A stretch of DNA of 64,000 nt from Bacteroidales bacterium (GTDB lineage: Bacteria > Bacteroidota > Bacteroidia > Bacteroidales > JAUNSR01). Position 1 is the first letter of the stretch, and every line of letters starts with the position of its first letter. This document shows, one piece after another, positions 55,865 to 64,000 of the stretch. The translations under genes and the position numbers were made by a program. The DNA lies in the NCBI GenBank assembly GCA_036655355.1, contig JAVVQG010000003.1, positions 43,821 to 107,820 on the forward strand, given 5' to 3'. The notes beneath the pieces were generated by a model that searched no databases, was not told the DNA's origin, and worked only from the letters and a program-made list of their open reading frames with translations.

Positions 55865-56857
55865 TTATTGCTTATTCATATTTATCAAAACAGACATTCC
55901 GGGACGCAAGTCCGGTTCGGAACCCTCCGGAGCGGCATGAATCTCAAACGTACGCAGGTCGTAGCTTCCCGTTTCCTTCGTAGAACGCCAGGTTGCGAAA
56001 CTTCCCATGGGACTGATGTAGTAGATCTGAAAACGAATTCCTTTTTTATCGATGGCGGGTACGTCTGCCGTAAAGGTGCCGTTCATTTTAAAGCGCGGCA
56101 TCAGATCTTCGCGAACGTTTAAGACCACGTGCACGTCATTCAGTACCACGAGGTTCATGATCGGCATGCCCGCACCCAGCAACTCCCCTCTTTTGGGGAA
56201 AATCTTTGAGATCTGTCCCGCTTCCGGAGCACAAAGCAGCGTATCCTTCAACAGAGAAGATACCTCCACGACTCCCTCACTCGCCACTTTCACCATGGAT
56301 TTCGAACTCTCCTTATCCTCCACCTGAAAACCATCGGCGGCCATCTGATATTGCGCATGAGCGGCCTTTTCCGCGGCTACGGCATTTTGATAAAGCGTCT
56401 CCGCCTCATCTTTTCGCTGAGAGGTCACCACACTGTCCTGATACAACCGGTTAATACGTTCAAAGGTAGTGCGGGCCAGATTCAGATCCGACTTAGATTG
56501 GTTCCAAAGCTGACGAGCCGCTTCAATCAGTTGCTTCCTCGTTCCGTTATCCACTTTGGTATTCTGATATTTAGCAACATCCTCGAGTGCGGAAACCTGT
56601 CCGTATTTAGCCACCGCCTCGGGCGAATTAATCAGAACGAGACCCTCTCCGGCATTCACATTCTGCCCCTCTTTCACAAGGAATCGGTCTATCCTACCGG
56701 GTAGTTTTCCCGAGATCCTGATTTCGGTTGCTTCAATCTGTCCCTGGAGGATATCGGGTTTTTCACGCATCGAGATGATACCGGCAGCCGATATGATCAT
56801 TATAATGAGCAGGATGGCGGTAAAGGAATACAGCAATATCTTTTTTGACTTTTCCAT
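55865..56857 (-). CDS. HlyD-family periplasmic adaptor (membrane fusion protein)
   Basis: 330 aa. It has an N-terminal TM anchor, lipoyl-like halves flanking a coiled-coil hairpin, and a C-terminal beta-barrel region. Confidence 0.75.
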   Translation of the reverse strand: MEKSKKILLYSFTAILLIIMIISAAGIISMREKPDILQGQIEATEIRISGKLPGRIDRFLVKEGQNVNAGEGLVLINSPEAVAKYGQVSALEDVAKYQNTKVDNGTRKQLIEAARQLWNQSKSDLNLARTTFERINRLYQDSVVTSQRKDEAETLYQNAVAAEKAAHAQYQMAADGFQVEDKESSKSMVKVASEGVVEVSSLLKDTLLCAPEAGQISKIFPKRGELLGAGMPIMNLVVLNDVHVVLNVREDLMPRFKMNGTFTADVPAIDKKGIRFQIYYISPMGSFATWRSTKETGSYDLRTFEIHAAPEGSEPDLRPGMSVLINMNKQ

Positions 56858-56883
56858 AAGGCGTTATCTAAGATTAAAAAGGA

Positions 56884-58323
56884 TTACTCAATAATAAAAC
56901 GCTCCGCTTTCCCTTGTTCCTTGAGCGCCACAAACTCTTCGGGGATGCCACAGAGCGAGAGCAGCGTCATAAGCGAAGAATCGAACTGGTAATAAGCCAA
57001 CAGCGAAGCGAGTCGCACTTTAGAGAGAACCACCTGCGCATCGGTAACCTCGGTAGCGGTAGCCATCCCTTCTGCGAATCCCTTCTGACGCATCCGCAAC
57101 AGTTCCCGGCTCAGTTCGATGGTACTTTTCAGTGCGGCAACGTCATCCAGTGCGACCTGTAGTCGTGTATACTGTTGATCAACAGCCACCAGCAGATCGC
57201 TCACCGCCTTCTCCTTTCCGAGCGAGAGGGTGATCTCTTTCATTCGTGACTGACGGATACGCTTCTCTCGATCAAATCCATCGAATATATTCCAGGTGAA
57301 CCCCACACCGATCATCGTTCGTGGCATCAGATACTTACTCACGCCGTGCATATAAATGTTCTGCTTTCCGATCAGGGCTATATTGGGGGCGTAGCTTCCT
57401 TTTGCGATATTACCCTCGTACTTCGCCACCCGTTCCTGTTCGCCAATCTGCTTAACCAAGTAGTTTGCTCCGGGCAATACCGATTTGAAATAAAGTACCG
57501 ATGGGATTGAATCGATGATAAACAAAGGCGACGTAGGGTCAACGAAGGCAACGGTATCAATCGCCAACAAACTTTTAAAGGCCTGTTGTGCCACTGCGTA
57601 CGCTTTCTGAGCCGCCTCATATTCACGCAACGCCTCTTTCATGGCCACTTCCACCACAAGACGATCCGCCTTATTGATCATCCCGTTTCGCTCGAGACTC
57701 AGTGCATCCTCATATTGTTTGGTAAAAGCCCCGAAGGTCTCCTTGCGTACTTCCACCACCTGACGCCCCAGACGCAACGCATAATAACTGTCAACCAAGG
57801 CCACCTGCGAAAGTGCGGTTACCTGTTGTTCATTGTAACGGGCGATTTCCACCATCGAGCGTCCGATCTTACCGGCATAGATTCGTTTACCGCCTGTGAA
57901 CAGCGGCCATACGAGGTTGGCATCTATCGATGTAAGATCCTGATTCATCAATGGAAAAGTAAGCGAATAGGAGCCGATCTTATCCAATATGGATGAGATG
58001 ATCTGATCGTCGGGAAGGATGGCATGAATAAAATCCTTGGCGGGATTGGTAACCGTCGATAAAGGTTCTTTCACCTCGATCTTATTTGAAAGGTGCATGT
58101 AGGCACCGGAAGCAGAAAGGTTCGGATACCAGAAGGAGTTCAGCCGACTGTGTTCGGTCTGCATGATTTCAACCTCTTTGCGGGCAATCTGTATACCTTT
58201 ATTATTCGCTTTCAATAAATCCAGTGACTCTTCGTAACTGATCGCCAGATTTTTATCCTGCGCATCCGTCACGCTGATTCCGAATAGGGAAAACAGAACA
58301 ATGAAAAGAATTCGATTAAACAT
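56884..58323 (-). CDS. TolC-family outer-membrane efflux protein
   Basis: 479 aa with a signal peptide and two OEP-type repeats. It is the first gene of the TolC-HlyD-permease operon. Confidence 0.75.
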   Translation of the reverse strand: MFNRILFIVLFSLFGISVTDAQDKNLAISYEESLDLLKANNKGIQIARKEVEIMQTEHSRLNSFWYPNLSASGAYMHLSNKIEVKEPLSTVTNPAKDFIHAILPDDQIISSILDKIGSYSLTFPLMNQDLTSIDANLVWPLFTGGKRIYAGKIGRSMVEIARYNEQQVTALSQVALVDSYYALRLGRQVVEVRKETFGAFTKQYEDALSLERNGMINKADRLVVEVAMKEALREYEAAQKAYAVAQQAFKSLLAIDTVAFVDPTSPLFIIDSIPSVLYFKSVLPGANYLVKQIGEQERVAKYEGNIAKGSYAPNIALIGKQNIYMHGVSKYLMPRTMIGVGFTWNIFDGFDREKRIRQSRMKEITLSLGKEKAVSDLLVAVDQQYTRLQVALDDVAALKSTIELSRELLRMRQKGFAEGMATATEVTDAQVVLSKVRLASLLAYYQFDSSLMTLLSLCGIPEEFVALKEQGKAERFIIE

Positions 58324-58440
58324 ATTTTAAAAGTTGAGTTAGATCTGATACTAAAACAGAAGGCGTTTACTTATTGTTCACGCTTTTTTGAATCTTCACG
58401 ATGCAGATCTGACTCATGAAATCGTTCCGACAGCCGGAAA

Positions 58441-58487
58441 TAAAAAAAGATGGAAGAATTCGGATTTTCTCCGAAACTCTTCCATCT
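58441..58487 (-). terminator. Intrinsic terminator downstream of the GH20 gene
   Basis: agatggaaga (58448-58457) pairs with tcttccatct (58478-58487), with inner attcgga/tccgaa pairing. A T7 run follows on the minus strand. Confidence 0.75.
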
Positions 58488-58588
58488 CTTCATTTAATCT
58501 CTTAAGATAATCTCGTAAGAAAATCTCGTATGGTATTCTCTTAAGTTATTATCGATAAATTAGGTGTAACGACTTAAATGCCCTCTGA

Positions 58589-60928
58589 TCAATTCAATTC
58601 AATTTCGTCTAGGAACATGTAAGCATTTTTCCCTTTACCACCGTGCCATGTTGGCAAAGCGGGCGTATTTTTAACGGTTACGCGAACGAATTTTGCTTTT
58701 ACAGGTTCGAACGAAAGTGCATAGTCATAGATACCATTGCGGTCTTTCTCTCCCAACACGTTGTATTTTTCAGACGCTACGTTTGTAAATTTAACGCCGT
58801 CGTTAGAAACAGCCACTTCGAAAGCGGTAGGAGCGAAAATCCAGTCGCCTTTCTCTACGAGCGCAGAAGTCTTAGCCGAGCTAAGTTCTGTTTCATCACC
58901 CAAGTTGATCACCAATTCAAGGTCGTTTCCTACGAAGCCGATCCAACGTCCGGTTTTGTAGTTACGTGTTCCTTTCATACCGTCGATTAGGGCAACCGCT
59001 CCGTTGTAAGTGTATCCTTTGGCAGCTTCATATTTCATTTCCACCGGTTTAAGACTCGCCTTATTCAGGTTGATCTCCTGCGAAAGAACGCGGCTTGATC
59101 CGGTTGCACGGATGATGGCAGCTTTCAGTTGCGCAGCATCTTTCAATTTCAACGGTTCGGCATATACGGCAGAAGCTTCTGTCGGTTCCGTTCCGTCCAA
59201 TGTGTAACGAATTACATCAGCCTTATTCAAAGAAGACAATTTCACCTCCAGTACGCCCTCTTCTACAAGCGGCGTATATTCTGCAGTCACATCATACATG
59301 TGTTTCGCATAGTTATAACCGTTTCTGTCGTAGAATGCAATCAGCTGAGGCATACGGCTCTGGAAGTCCTGGAAGTCTTTCAACTCCGGTTTTGTCCATT
59401 GTACCTCCGCCAAAGCAGCAATACGCGGCAACATCATGTATTCAACCTGTTCAGAAGTCGGGATGTATTCCGTCCATACATTCGCCTGTGCACCGATGAC
59501 ATATTTAGCCTCTTCAGCTGTTAGTTCCTGAGGAACCGGCTCAAAGGCGTAAACGCGTTCAACCGGAAGGTATCCGCCGATAGCAATCGGTTCATTCTCT
59601 ACGTCGGTTGTCTGGTAGTAATCGAAATAAACATAGTTTGTAGGAGTCATGATCACATCATGCTTCTGTTTTGCCGCTTCGATACCGCCGGCCATACCAC
59701 GCCATGACATCAACGTTGCATTCGGTGCCAAACCTCCCTCAAGGATCTCATCCCATCCGATGATCTGACGACCTTTTTCATTCAAGAATCGCTCCATACG
59801 GCTGATTACGTAGCTCTGAAGATTCTCTTCCGGTTTGTGGGCTTTGTTCAGATCCAGTTTCTCCGCTTTGATGCGAGACTGGCATTTCGGACATTTTTCC
59901 CAACGCACTTTCGGACATTCGTCTCCACCGATGTGGATGTATTCAGAAGGGAACAGTTCCACCACCTCAGACAATACGTCTTCAAGGAAAACCATCGCAT
60001 CTTCGTTTCCGGCACAGATTACGTCATCGAAAACGCCCCATTCGCGACCCACTTCATAAGGACCTCCGGTACAACCGAATTCCGGATAAGAGGTGATCGC
60101 AGCCAACATGTGGCCCGGTAGATCGATTTCAGGAATAACAGTAATGAAACGGTCCTGCGCATAAGCCACAATCTCTTTCACCTGCTCCTGTGTGTAGAAA
60201 CCGCCATACGGTTTACCATCGTATTCACCTGAATTATGACCGATTACGGTTTCGGAACGTTTCGAACCGATCTCCGTAAGTTTCGGATATTTTTTGATTT
60301 CCAAACGCCATCCCTGATCCTCTGTAAGGTGCCAGTGGAAACGGTTCAGATTATGTAGCGCCAACATGTCAATGAATTCTTTGATGAAATCCATCGAATA
60401 GAAATGACGACCTACGTCCAAGTGCATCCCGCGATAAGAGAAACGCGGTGCATCTTCGATCGTAACCGGAGACATCTCCACAGATGCTCCCATCGCCGTA
60501 GCAGGAATCGATTTACGAAGTGTCTGAATACCGTAGAAGATACCCGCTTCTTTCGAACCGCTCAGTTCGATACCCGATTCTGCAATCTGCAATTTATAAC
60601 CCTCAGCATTCGCTACGTTCTCATTCAGAGACAACACGATATTATTCGCTGCTTTTTCTTTGTCGGACGATACCACACGCAAGGTGTACCCTGTAGCTTC
60701 GGCGATGTATTGCGACAAAAACTCTGCAGTTTTCTGAAGGGTCTCATTACCGGCAGGATAAACGATTCTTGTACGAGCCGACAATAGGAACGGAGTTCCG
60801 TCCACGGCATTCACTGCCAGCGGTTTCGGAATCACGTCATAATCAGCCTTCACAGTTTTCTTTTCTCCGCAAGAAGAAAGCATCAACGCAGCTGTTGACA
60901 GAAGGAAAAAATTACGTAAAACTTTCAT
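58589..60928 (-). CDS. GH20 beta-N-acetylhexosaminidase with C-terminal F5/8 type C (discoidin)-like domain
   Basis: 779 aa with lipobox LSSC. GH20 motifs are RGMHLDVGRHF, FHWHLTEDQGWR and IHIGGDE (catalytic D-E pair). Confidence 0.9.
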   Translation of the reverse strand: MKVLRNFFLLSTAALMLSSCGEKKTVKADYDVIPKPLAVNAVDGTPFLLSARTRIVYPAGNETLQKTAEFLSQYIAEATGYTLRVVSSDKEKAANNIVLSLNENVANAEGYKLQIAESGIELSGSKEAGIFYGIQTLRKSIPATAMGASVEMSPVTIEDAPRFSYRGMHLDVGRHFYSMDFIKEFIDMLALHNLNRFHWHLTEDQGWRLEIKKYPKLTEIGSKRSETVIGHNSGEYDGKPYGGFYTQEQVKEIVAYAQDRFITVIPEIDLPGHMLAAITSYPEFGCTGGPYEVGREWGVFDDVICAGNEDAMVFLEDVLSEVVELFPSEYIHIGGDECPKVRWEKCPKCQSRIKAEKLDLNKAHKPEENLQSYVISRMERFLNEKGRQIIGWDEILEGGLAPNATLMSWRGMAGGIEAAKQKHDVIMTPTNYVYFDYYQTTDVENEPIAIGGYLPVERVYAFEPVPQELTAEEAKYVIGAQANVWTEYIPTSEQVEYMMLPRIAALAEVQWTKPELKDFQDFQSRMPQLIAFYDRNGYNYAKHMYDVTAEYTPLVEEGVLEVKLSSLNKADVIRYTLDGTEPTEASAVYAEPLKLKDAAQLKAAIIRATGSSRVLSQEINLNKASLKPVEMKYEAAKGYTYNGAVALIDGMKGTRNYKTGRWIGFVGNDLELVINLGDETELSSAKTSALVEKGDWIFAPTAFEVAVSNDGVKFTNVASEKYNVLGEKDRNGIYDYALSFEPVKAKFVRVTVKNTPALPTWHGGKGKNAYMFLDEIELN

Positions 60929-60984
60929 GTATTGGTGTATTAGGTGTTTTGATTAATTTATCCAAACGTTAAATTAATTAGATG

Positions 60985-60992
60985 CAAATATA
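60985..60992 (-). promoter_or_regulatory. -7 box TATATTTG for the GH20 gene
   Basis: Exact match on the minus strand, 57 nt upstream of the start at 60928. Confidence 0.45.
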
Positions 60993-61125
60993 GTTTTAAA
61001 CCTTAAATTTAGAAGCGTAAAATTGACAATAAACTATAAATCACTATTACTTCGTACCTTGGCGACGGAATTTCGGGCAAGATGACTTTTGATCCGTTAA
61101 AATTTAGAATTATAGCGGAATATGC

Positions 61126-61133
61126 TAAATTTG
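61126..61133 (+). promoter_or_regulatory. -7 box TAAATTTG upstream of parE
   Basis: Exact match. It lies inside the N-terminal extension of the track ORF (61082), which argues for the ATG at 61151 or 61160. Confidence 0.45.
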
Positions 61134-61150
61134 TGTGTTTAAGAAGCTAT

Positions 61151-63019
61151 ATGAGACCTATGGAAGAGAATACGAACATACAGAACGTGACGGAGTACGG
61201 CTCCGATACGATTCGCACACTTGATTGGAAGGAACATATCCGCCGCCGCCCCGGGATGTATATCGGAAAACTAGGCGACGGTACTCACGCGGAAGACGGG
61301 ATCTATGTTCTTCTGAAAGAGGTTCTTGACAATGCCATTGACGAATATATGATGGGATTCGGCCGAAGCGTGGATGTGACCATTAAAGAGGGAACTGTTA
61401 CCGTACGCGACTATGGTCGCGGTATTCCGCTGGATAAAGTGAACGATGTGGCTTCCAAAATGAATACGGGTGCCAAATACGACTCGAAGGCGTTCAAGAA
61501 GTCGGTGGGTCTGAATGGGGTCGGTATCAAAGCGGTGAATGCCCTTTCGACCGATTTCTTTATCGAAGCCTTCCGCGACGGAAAAGCCAAGGCGAGTGAT
61601 TTCAGTTGTGGAGAGATACGCAGAGACGAACCGATAACGAACTCCGAAGAGTCGAACGGAACGATGGTTCGTTTTACGCCCGATGCCTCCATCTTCAAGG
61701 AGTACCTGTATCGCGACGAATACGTAGAGAACCTGCTCAAGAACTATACGTTCCTGAATTCGGGACTCGCAATCTATTATAACGGGAAGAAATTCCTTTC
61801 GAAAAACGGATTGGTGGATCTTTTGAATGAGAACATCACTTCCGAACCGCTCTATCCGATCATCCATCTCAAGGGGGAGGATATTGAAATCGTGATCACC
61901 CACAGCAACCAATACGGCGAGGAGTACTACTCGTTCGTGAACGGTCAGCATACCACGCAGGGAGGCACACACCTCTCGGCATTCCGCGAGAACGTATCCA
62001 AAACGATCAAGGAGTTCTACAATAAGAACTTCGATTACGCCGATATCCGTAGCGGGATGGTGGCGGCAGTGAGCGTCAAGGTGGAAGAGCCGGTATTCGA
62101 ATCGCAGACAAAAACCAAACTCGGATCGAAAGACATGTCGCCCGACGGTGTAAGTGTGAATAAATTTATCGGAGACTTTCTGAAAAAGGAACTCGATAAC
62201 TACCTGCACAAACACAACGAAACGGCAGAGATCATGCTCAAGAAGATCCTTGAATCTGAAAAAGAGCGTAAAGCGATCGCCGGAGTAACCAAATTGGCAC
62301 GCGAAAGAGCCAAGAAAGCCAACCTACACAACAAAAAACTACGCGATTGCCGGGTGCATTACAACGATGCCAAAGGGGATAAACGGGAATATTCATCGTT
62401 ATTCATCACCGAGGGGGATTCCGCTTCGGGATCGATCACGAAGAGTCGCGACGTAGAAACCCAGGCCGTTTTCAGTCTGCGCGGTAAGCCGCTCAACACC
62501 TTCGGTCTGACCCGTAAGGTCGTATATGAGAACGAGGAGTTCAACCTGCTTCAGGCCGCACTGAATATTGAGGAGGGAATTGATAACCTACGCTATAACA
62601 AAGTGATTATCGCTACCGATGCCGACGTGGACGGGATGCACATCCGATTGCTGCTGATCACCTTCTTCCTGCAGTTCTTTCCGGATCTGATCAAAAAGGG
62701 ACATGTATACATCCTGCAGACTCCGTTGTTTCGCGTACGCAATAAAAAAGACACCTATTATTGCTATTCGGAAGAGGAACGCGTGGCAGCGATGAAGAAA
62801 GTGGGAGCCAATCCCGAGATCACCCGATTCAAAGGTCTGGGGGAGATTTCTCCGAACGAGTTCAAACATTTCATCGGCGCCGATATCCGACTGGATCCCG
62901 TTACGCTGAAAAAAGATATGCTTATCAAAGAGTTGCTTGAGTTCTACATGGGAAAGAACACCATGGAACGACAAAACTTTATCATTGAAAATCTTGTTAT
63001 AGAAGAAGATGTCGAATAA
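61151..63019 (+). CDS. parE: DNA topoisomerase IV subunit B
   Basis: Motifs are [38 protein letters not shown] and [10 protein letters not shown]. It is shorter than GyrB and lacks the GyrB insert. A second type IIA B subunit (gyrB) is in the same window. Confidence 0.88.
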   Translation: MRPMEENTNIQNVTEYGSDTIRTLDWKEHIRRRPGMYIGKLGDGTHAEDGIYVLLKEVLDNAIDEYMMGFGRSVDVTIKEGTVTVRDYGRGIPLDKVNDVASKMNTGAKYDSKAFKKSVGLNGVGIKAVNALSTDFFIEAFRDGKAKASDFSCGEIRRDEPITNSEESNGTMVRFTPDASIFKEYLYRDEYVENLLKNYTFLNSGLAIYYNGKKFLSKNGLVDLLNENITSEPLYPIIHLKGEDIEIVITHSNQYGEEYYSFVNGQHTTQGGTHLSAFRENVSKTIKEFYNKNFDYADIRSGMVAAVSVKVEEPVFESQTKTKLGSKDMSPDGVSVNKFIGDFLKKELDNYLHKHNETAEIMLKKILESEKERKAIAGVTKLARERAKKANLHNKKLRDCRVHYNDAKGDKREYSSLFITEGDSASGSITKSRDVETQAVFSLRGKPLNTFGLTRKVVYENEEFNLLQAALNIEEGIDNLRYNKVIIATDADVDGMHIRLLLITFFLQFFPDLIKKGHVYILQTPLFRVRNKKDTYYCYSEEERVAAMKKVGANPEITRFKGLGEISPNEFKHFIGADIRLDPVTLKKDMLIKELLEFYMGKNTMERQNFIIENLVIEEDVE

Positions 63020-63494
63020 AAGAATCGCATTATTCCCCGGTACGTTTGATCCGTTCACAAACGGACACCAATCGATCGTGGAGCGCGCATTAAACCTTTT
63101 CGACGAGGTGATCATCGCCATCGGGGTCAACGAGTCGAAAAGAACATTTTTTACGCTGGAAGAGAGAATTGAAATGATCGGAAACCTGTATGCGGGAAAT
63201 CCGAATGTGAGTGTGGGAGCGTATGATTACCTGACTGTCGACTATGCGCGGGAGAAGGGTGCAAAATACATTTTGCGCGGTATACGATCCGTCAACGACT
63301 ATGAGTATGAGAAAACCATAGCCGACGTAAATCGGGCCATATCGGGCGTGGAAACCGTCATTCTCTTCACAGAACCGGAACATACGCACATCAGTTCCAC
63401 CATCGTACGTGAACTTATGAGATACAATAAAGATGTATCGGCTTTTGTTCCTGAAAAACTGCGCATGCATGAGATTCTGAACAGACCGAAGTAA
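63009..63494 (+). CDS. coaD: Pantetheine-phosphate adenylyltransferase
   Basis: 161 aa with [14 protein letters not shown] and ISSTIVRE. It overlaps the parE stop by 11 bp. Confidence 0.92.
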   Translation: MSNKRIALFPGTFDPFTNGHQSIVERALNLFDEVIIAIGVNESKRTFFTLEERIEMIGNLYAGNPNVSVGAYDYLTVDYAREKGAKYILRGIRSVNDYEYEKTIADVNRAISGVETVILFTEPEHTHISSTIVRELMRYNKDVSAFVPEKLRMHEILNRPK

Positions 63495-63509
63495 AACCAA
63501 CCTATCTAA

Positions 63510-64000
63510 ATGAAAAAACTAATGTTATCACTCGCCGCGCTATTATGCTTGGCGGGTAGCGTCGGGGCTCAGAATGAATCTGCCGCTATGCGTAAACTGA
63601 ACCTGGCCGCTTACGCGATCGACCGTTTTTATGTGGACACCGTGAATCAAGACAAACTCGCCGAAGATGCCATCGTAGGGATGCTGAAGGAGTTAGACCC
63701 GCATTCAACCTACATGAATGCCGAGGAAGTAAAGGAGATGAACGAACCGCTTCAAGGAAACTTCGACGGGATCGGCGTTCAGTTCAACATGCTTAACGAC
63801 ACGTTGTTCATTATCAATACCGTAGCGGGGGGACCTTCCGAAAAAGTAGGCGTTCTGGCAGGCGACCGCATCATCGCAGTGAATGACACCGCCATCGCAG
63901 GGGTGAAAATGACTACGCCGGACATTATGAAACGGCTACGCGGCGCCAAAGGAACCGCAGTTAACATTAGTGTGCTTCGACGCGGCGTGAAAGAGCCGAT
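63510..64000 (+). CDS. S41 family C-terminal processing peptidase, 5' part (runs off the window)
   Basis: This ORF is not in the track because no stop falls inside the window. ATG at 63510 gives MKKLMLSLAALLCLAGSVGAQ (signal peptide). FDGIGVQF and the PDZ segment GGPSEKVGVLAGDRIIAVND are typical of S41 peptidases. Confidence 0.8.
   Translation, partial: MKKLMLSLAALLCLAGSVGAQNESAAMRKLNLAAYAIDRFYVDTVNQDKLAEDAIVGMLKELDPHSTYMNAEEVKEMNEPLQGNFDGIGVQFNMLNDTLFIINTVAGGPSEKVGVLAGDRIIAVNDTAIAGVKMTTPDIMKRLRGAKGTAVNISVLRRGVKEP

Noticed and set aside
61082-61150. N-terminal extensions of track ORFs (parE from 61082, gyrB from 46166, recO to 44904, purN from 24773, GH-A hydrolase to 2797)
   Set aside because: The extensions use non-ATG or poorly placed starts, would overlap consensus -7 promoter boxes, and add residues absent from the canonical N-termini. 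Downstream ATGs were preferred.
1-64000. Mobile elements, prophage, defence islands, toxin-antitoxin pairs or a biosynthetic gene cluster
   Set aside because: No integrase, transposase, recombinase, phage structural, restriction-modification, Cas, nuclease-NTPase or core biosynthetic-enzyme signatures were seen on either strand. Gene content is housekeeping plus one PUL, and composition looks uniform apart from AT-rich intergenic gaps.

Overview
This 64-kb segment looks like Bacteroidales (Bacteroidota) core chromosome. The signs are a SusC/SusD pair, a hybrid two-component regulator, a fused SecDF, a bacterial GH3-family gene, and many exact TAnnTTTG -7 promoter boxes placed 20-60 nt upstream of start codons. 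Positions 227-15827 form a polysaccharide utilisation locus (PUL). Its content and order are an unassigned clan GH-A hydrolase, GH2, GH53, a SusE/F-like protein, SusD, SusC and a divergent HTCS-like regulator. That matches the beta-1,4-galactan PUL type known from Bacteroides thetaiotaomicron. Most of the rest is housekeeping: pfkA, rnc-fabF-acpP, purN, pdxB, ruvB, tcdA, cysS, secDF, recO, rpsT, gyrB, rnr, parE, coaD and an S41 peptidase. Envelope genes include two GT-A glycosyltransferases, a flippase, a TolC/HlyD/2x ABC-2 permease operon, a TonB-dependent barrel and a GH20 hexosaminidase. A few conserved unknowns remain. There are four tRNAs: Arg-CCU, and three Glu-UUC that bracket rpsT. I found no rRNA, CRISPR array, transposase or integrase, prophage, or recognisable defence island, and I do not see a convincing new multi-gene system. 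Five things are most worth a second look. (1) The PUL regulator lacks both the phospho-accepting His and the receiver domain. (2) A ~95-bp element occurs in tandem at 33.1 kb and again at 48.2 kb. (3) A 22-bp-period array of nested palindromes lies at 36.6-36.8 kb. (4) A small secreted Cys/Lys-rich protein has its 5' region embedded in the 33.1-kb repeats. (5) An uncharacterised two-gene operon pairs a CXXCH beta-propeller lipoprotein with a polytopic membrane protein. All family calls come from motifs recognised by eye. No database search was run, and DUF/GH family names are from memory.
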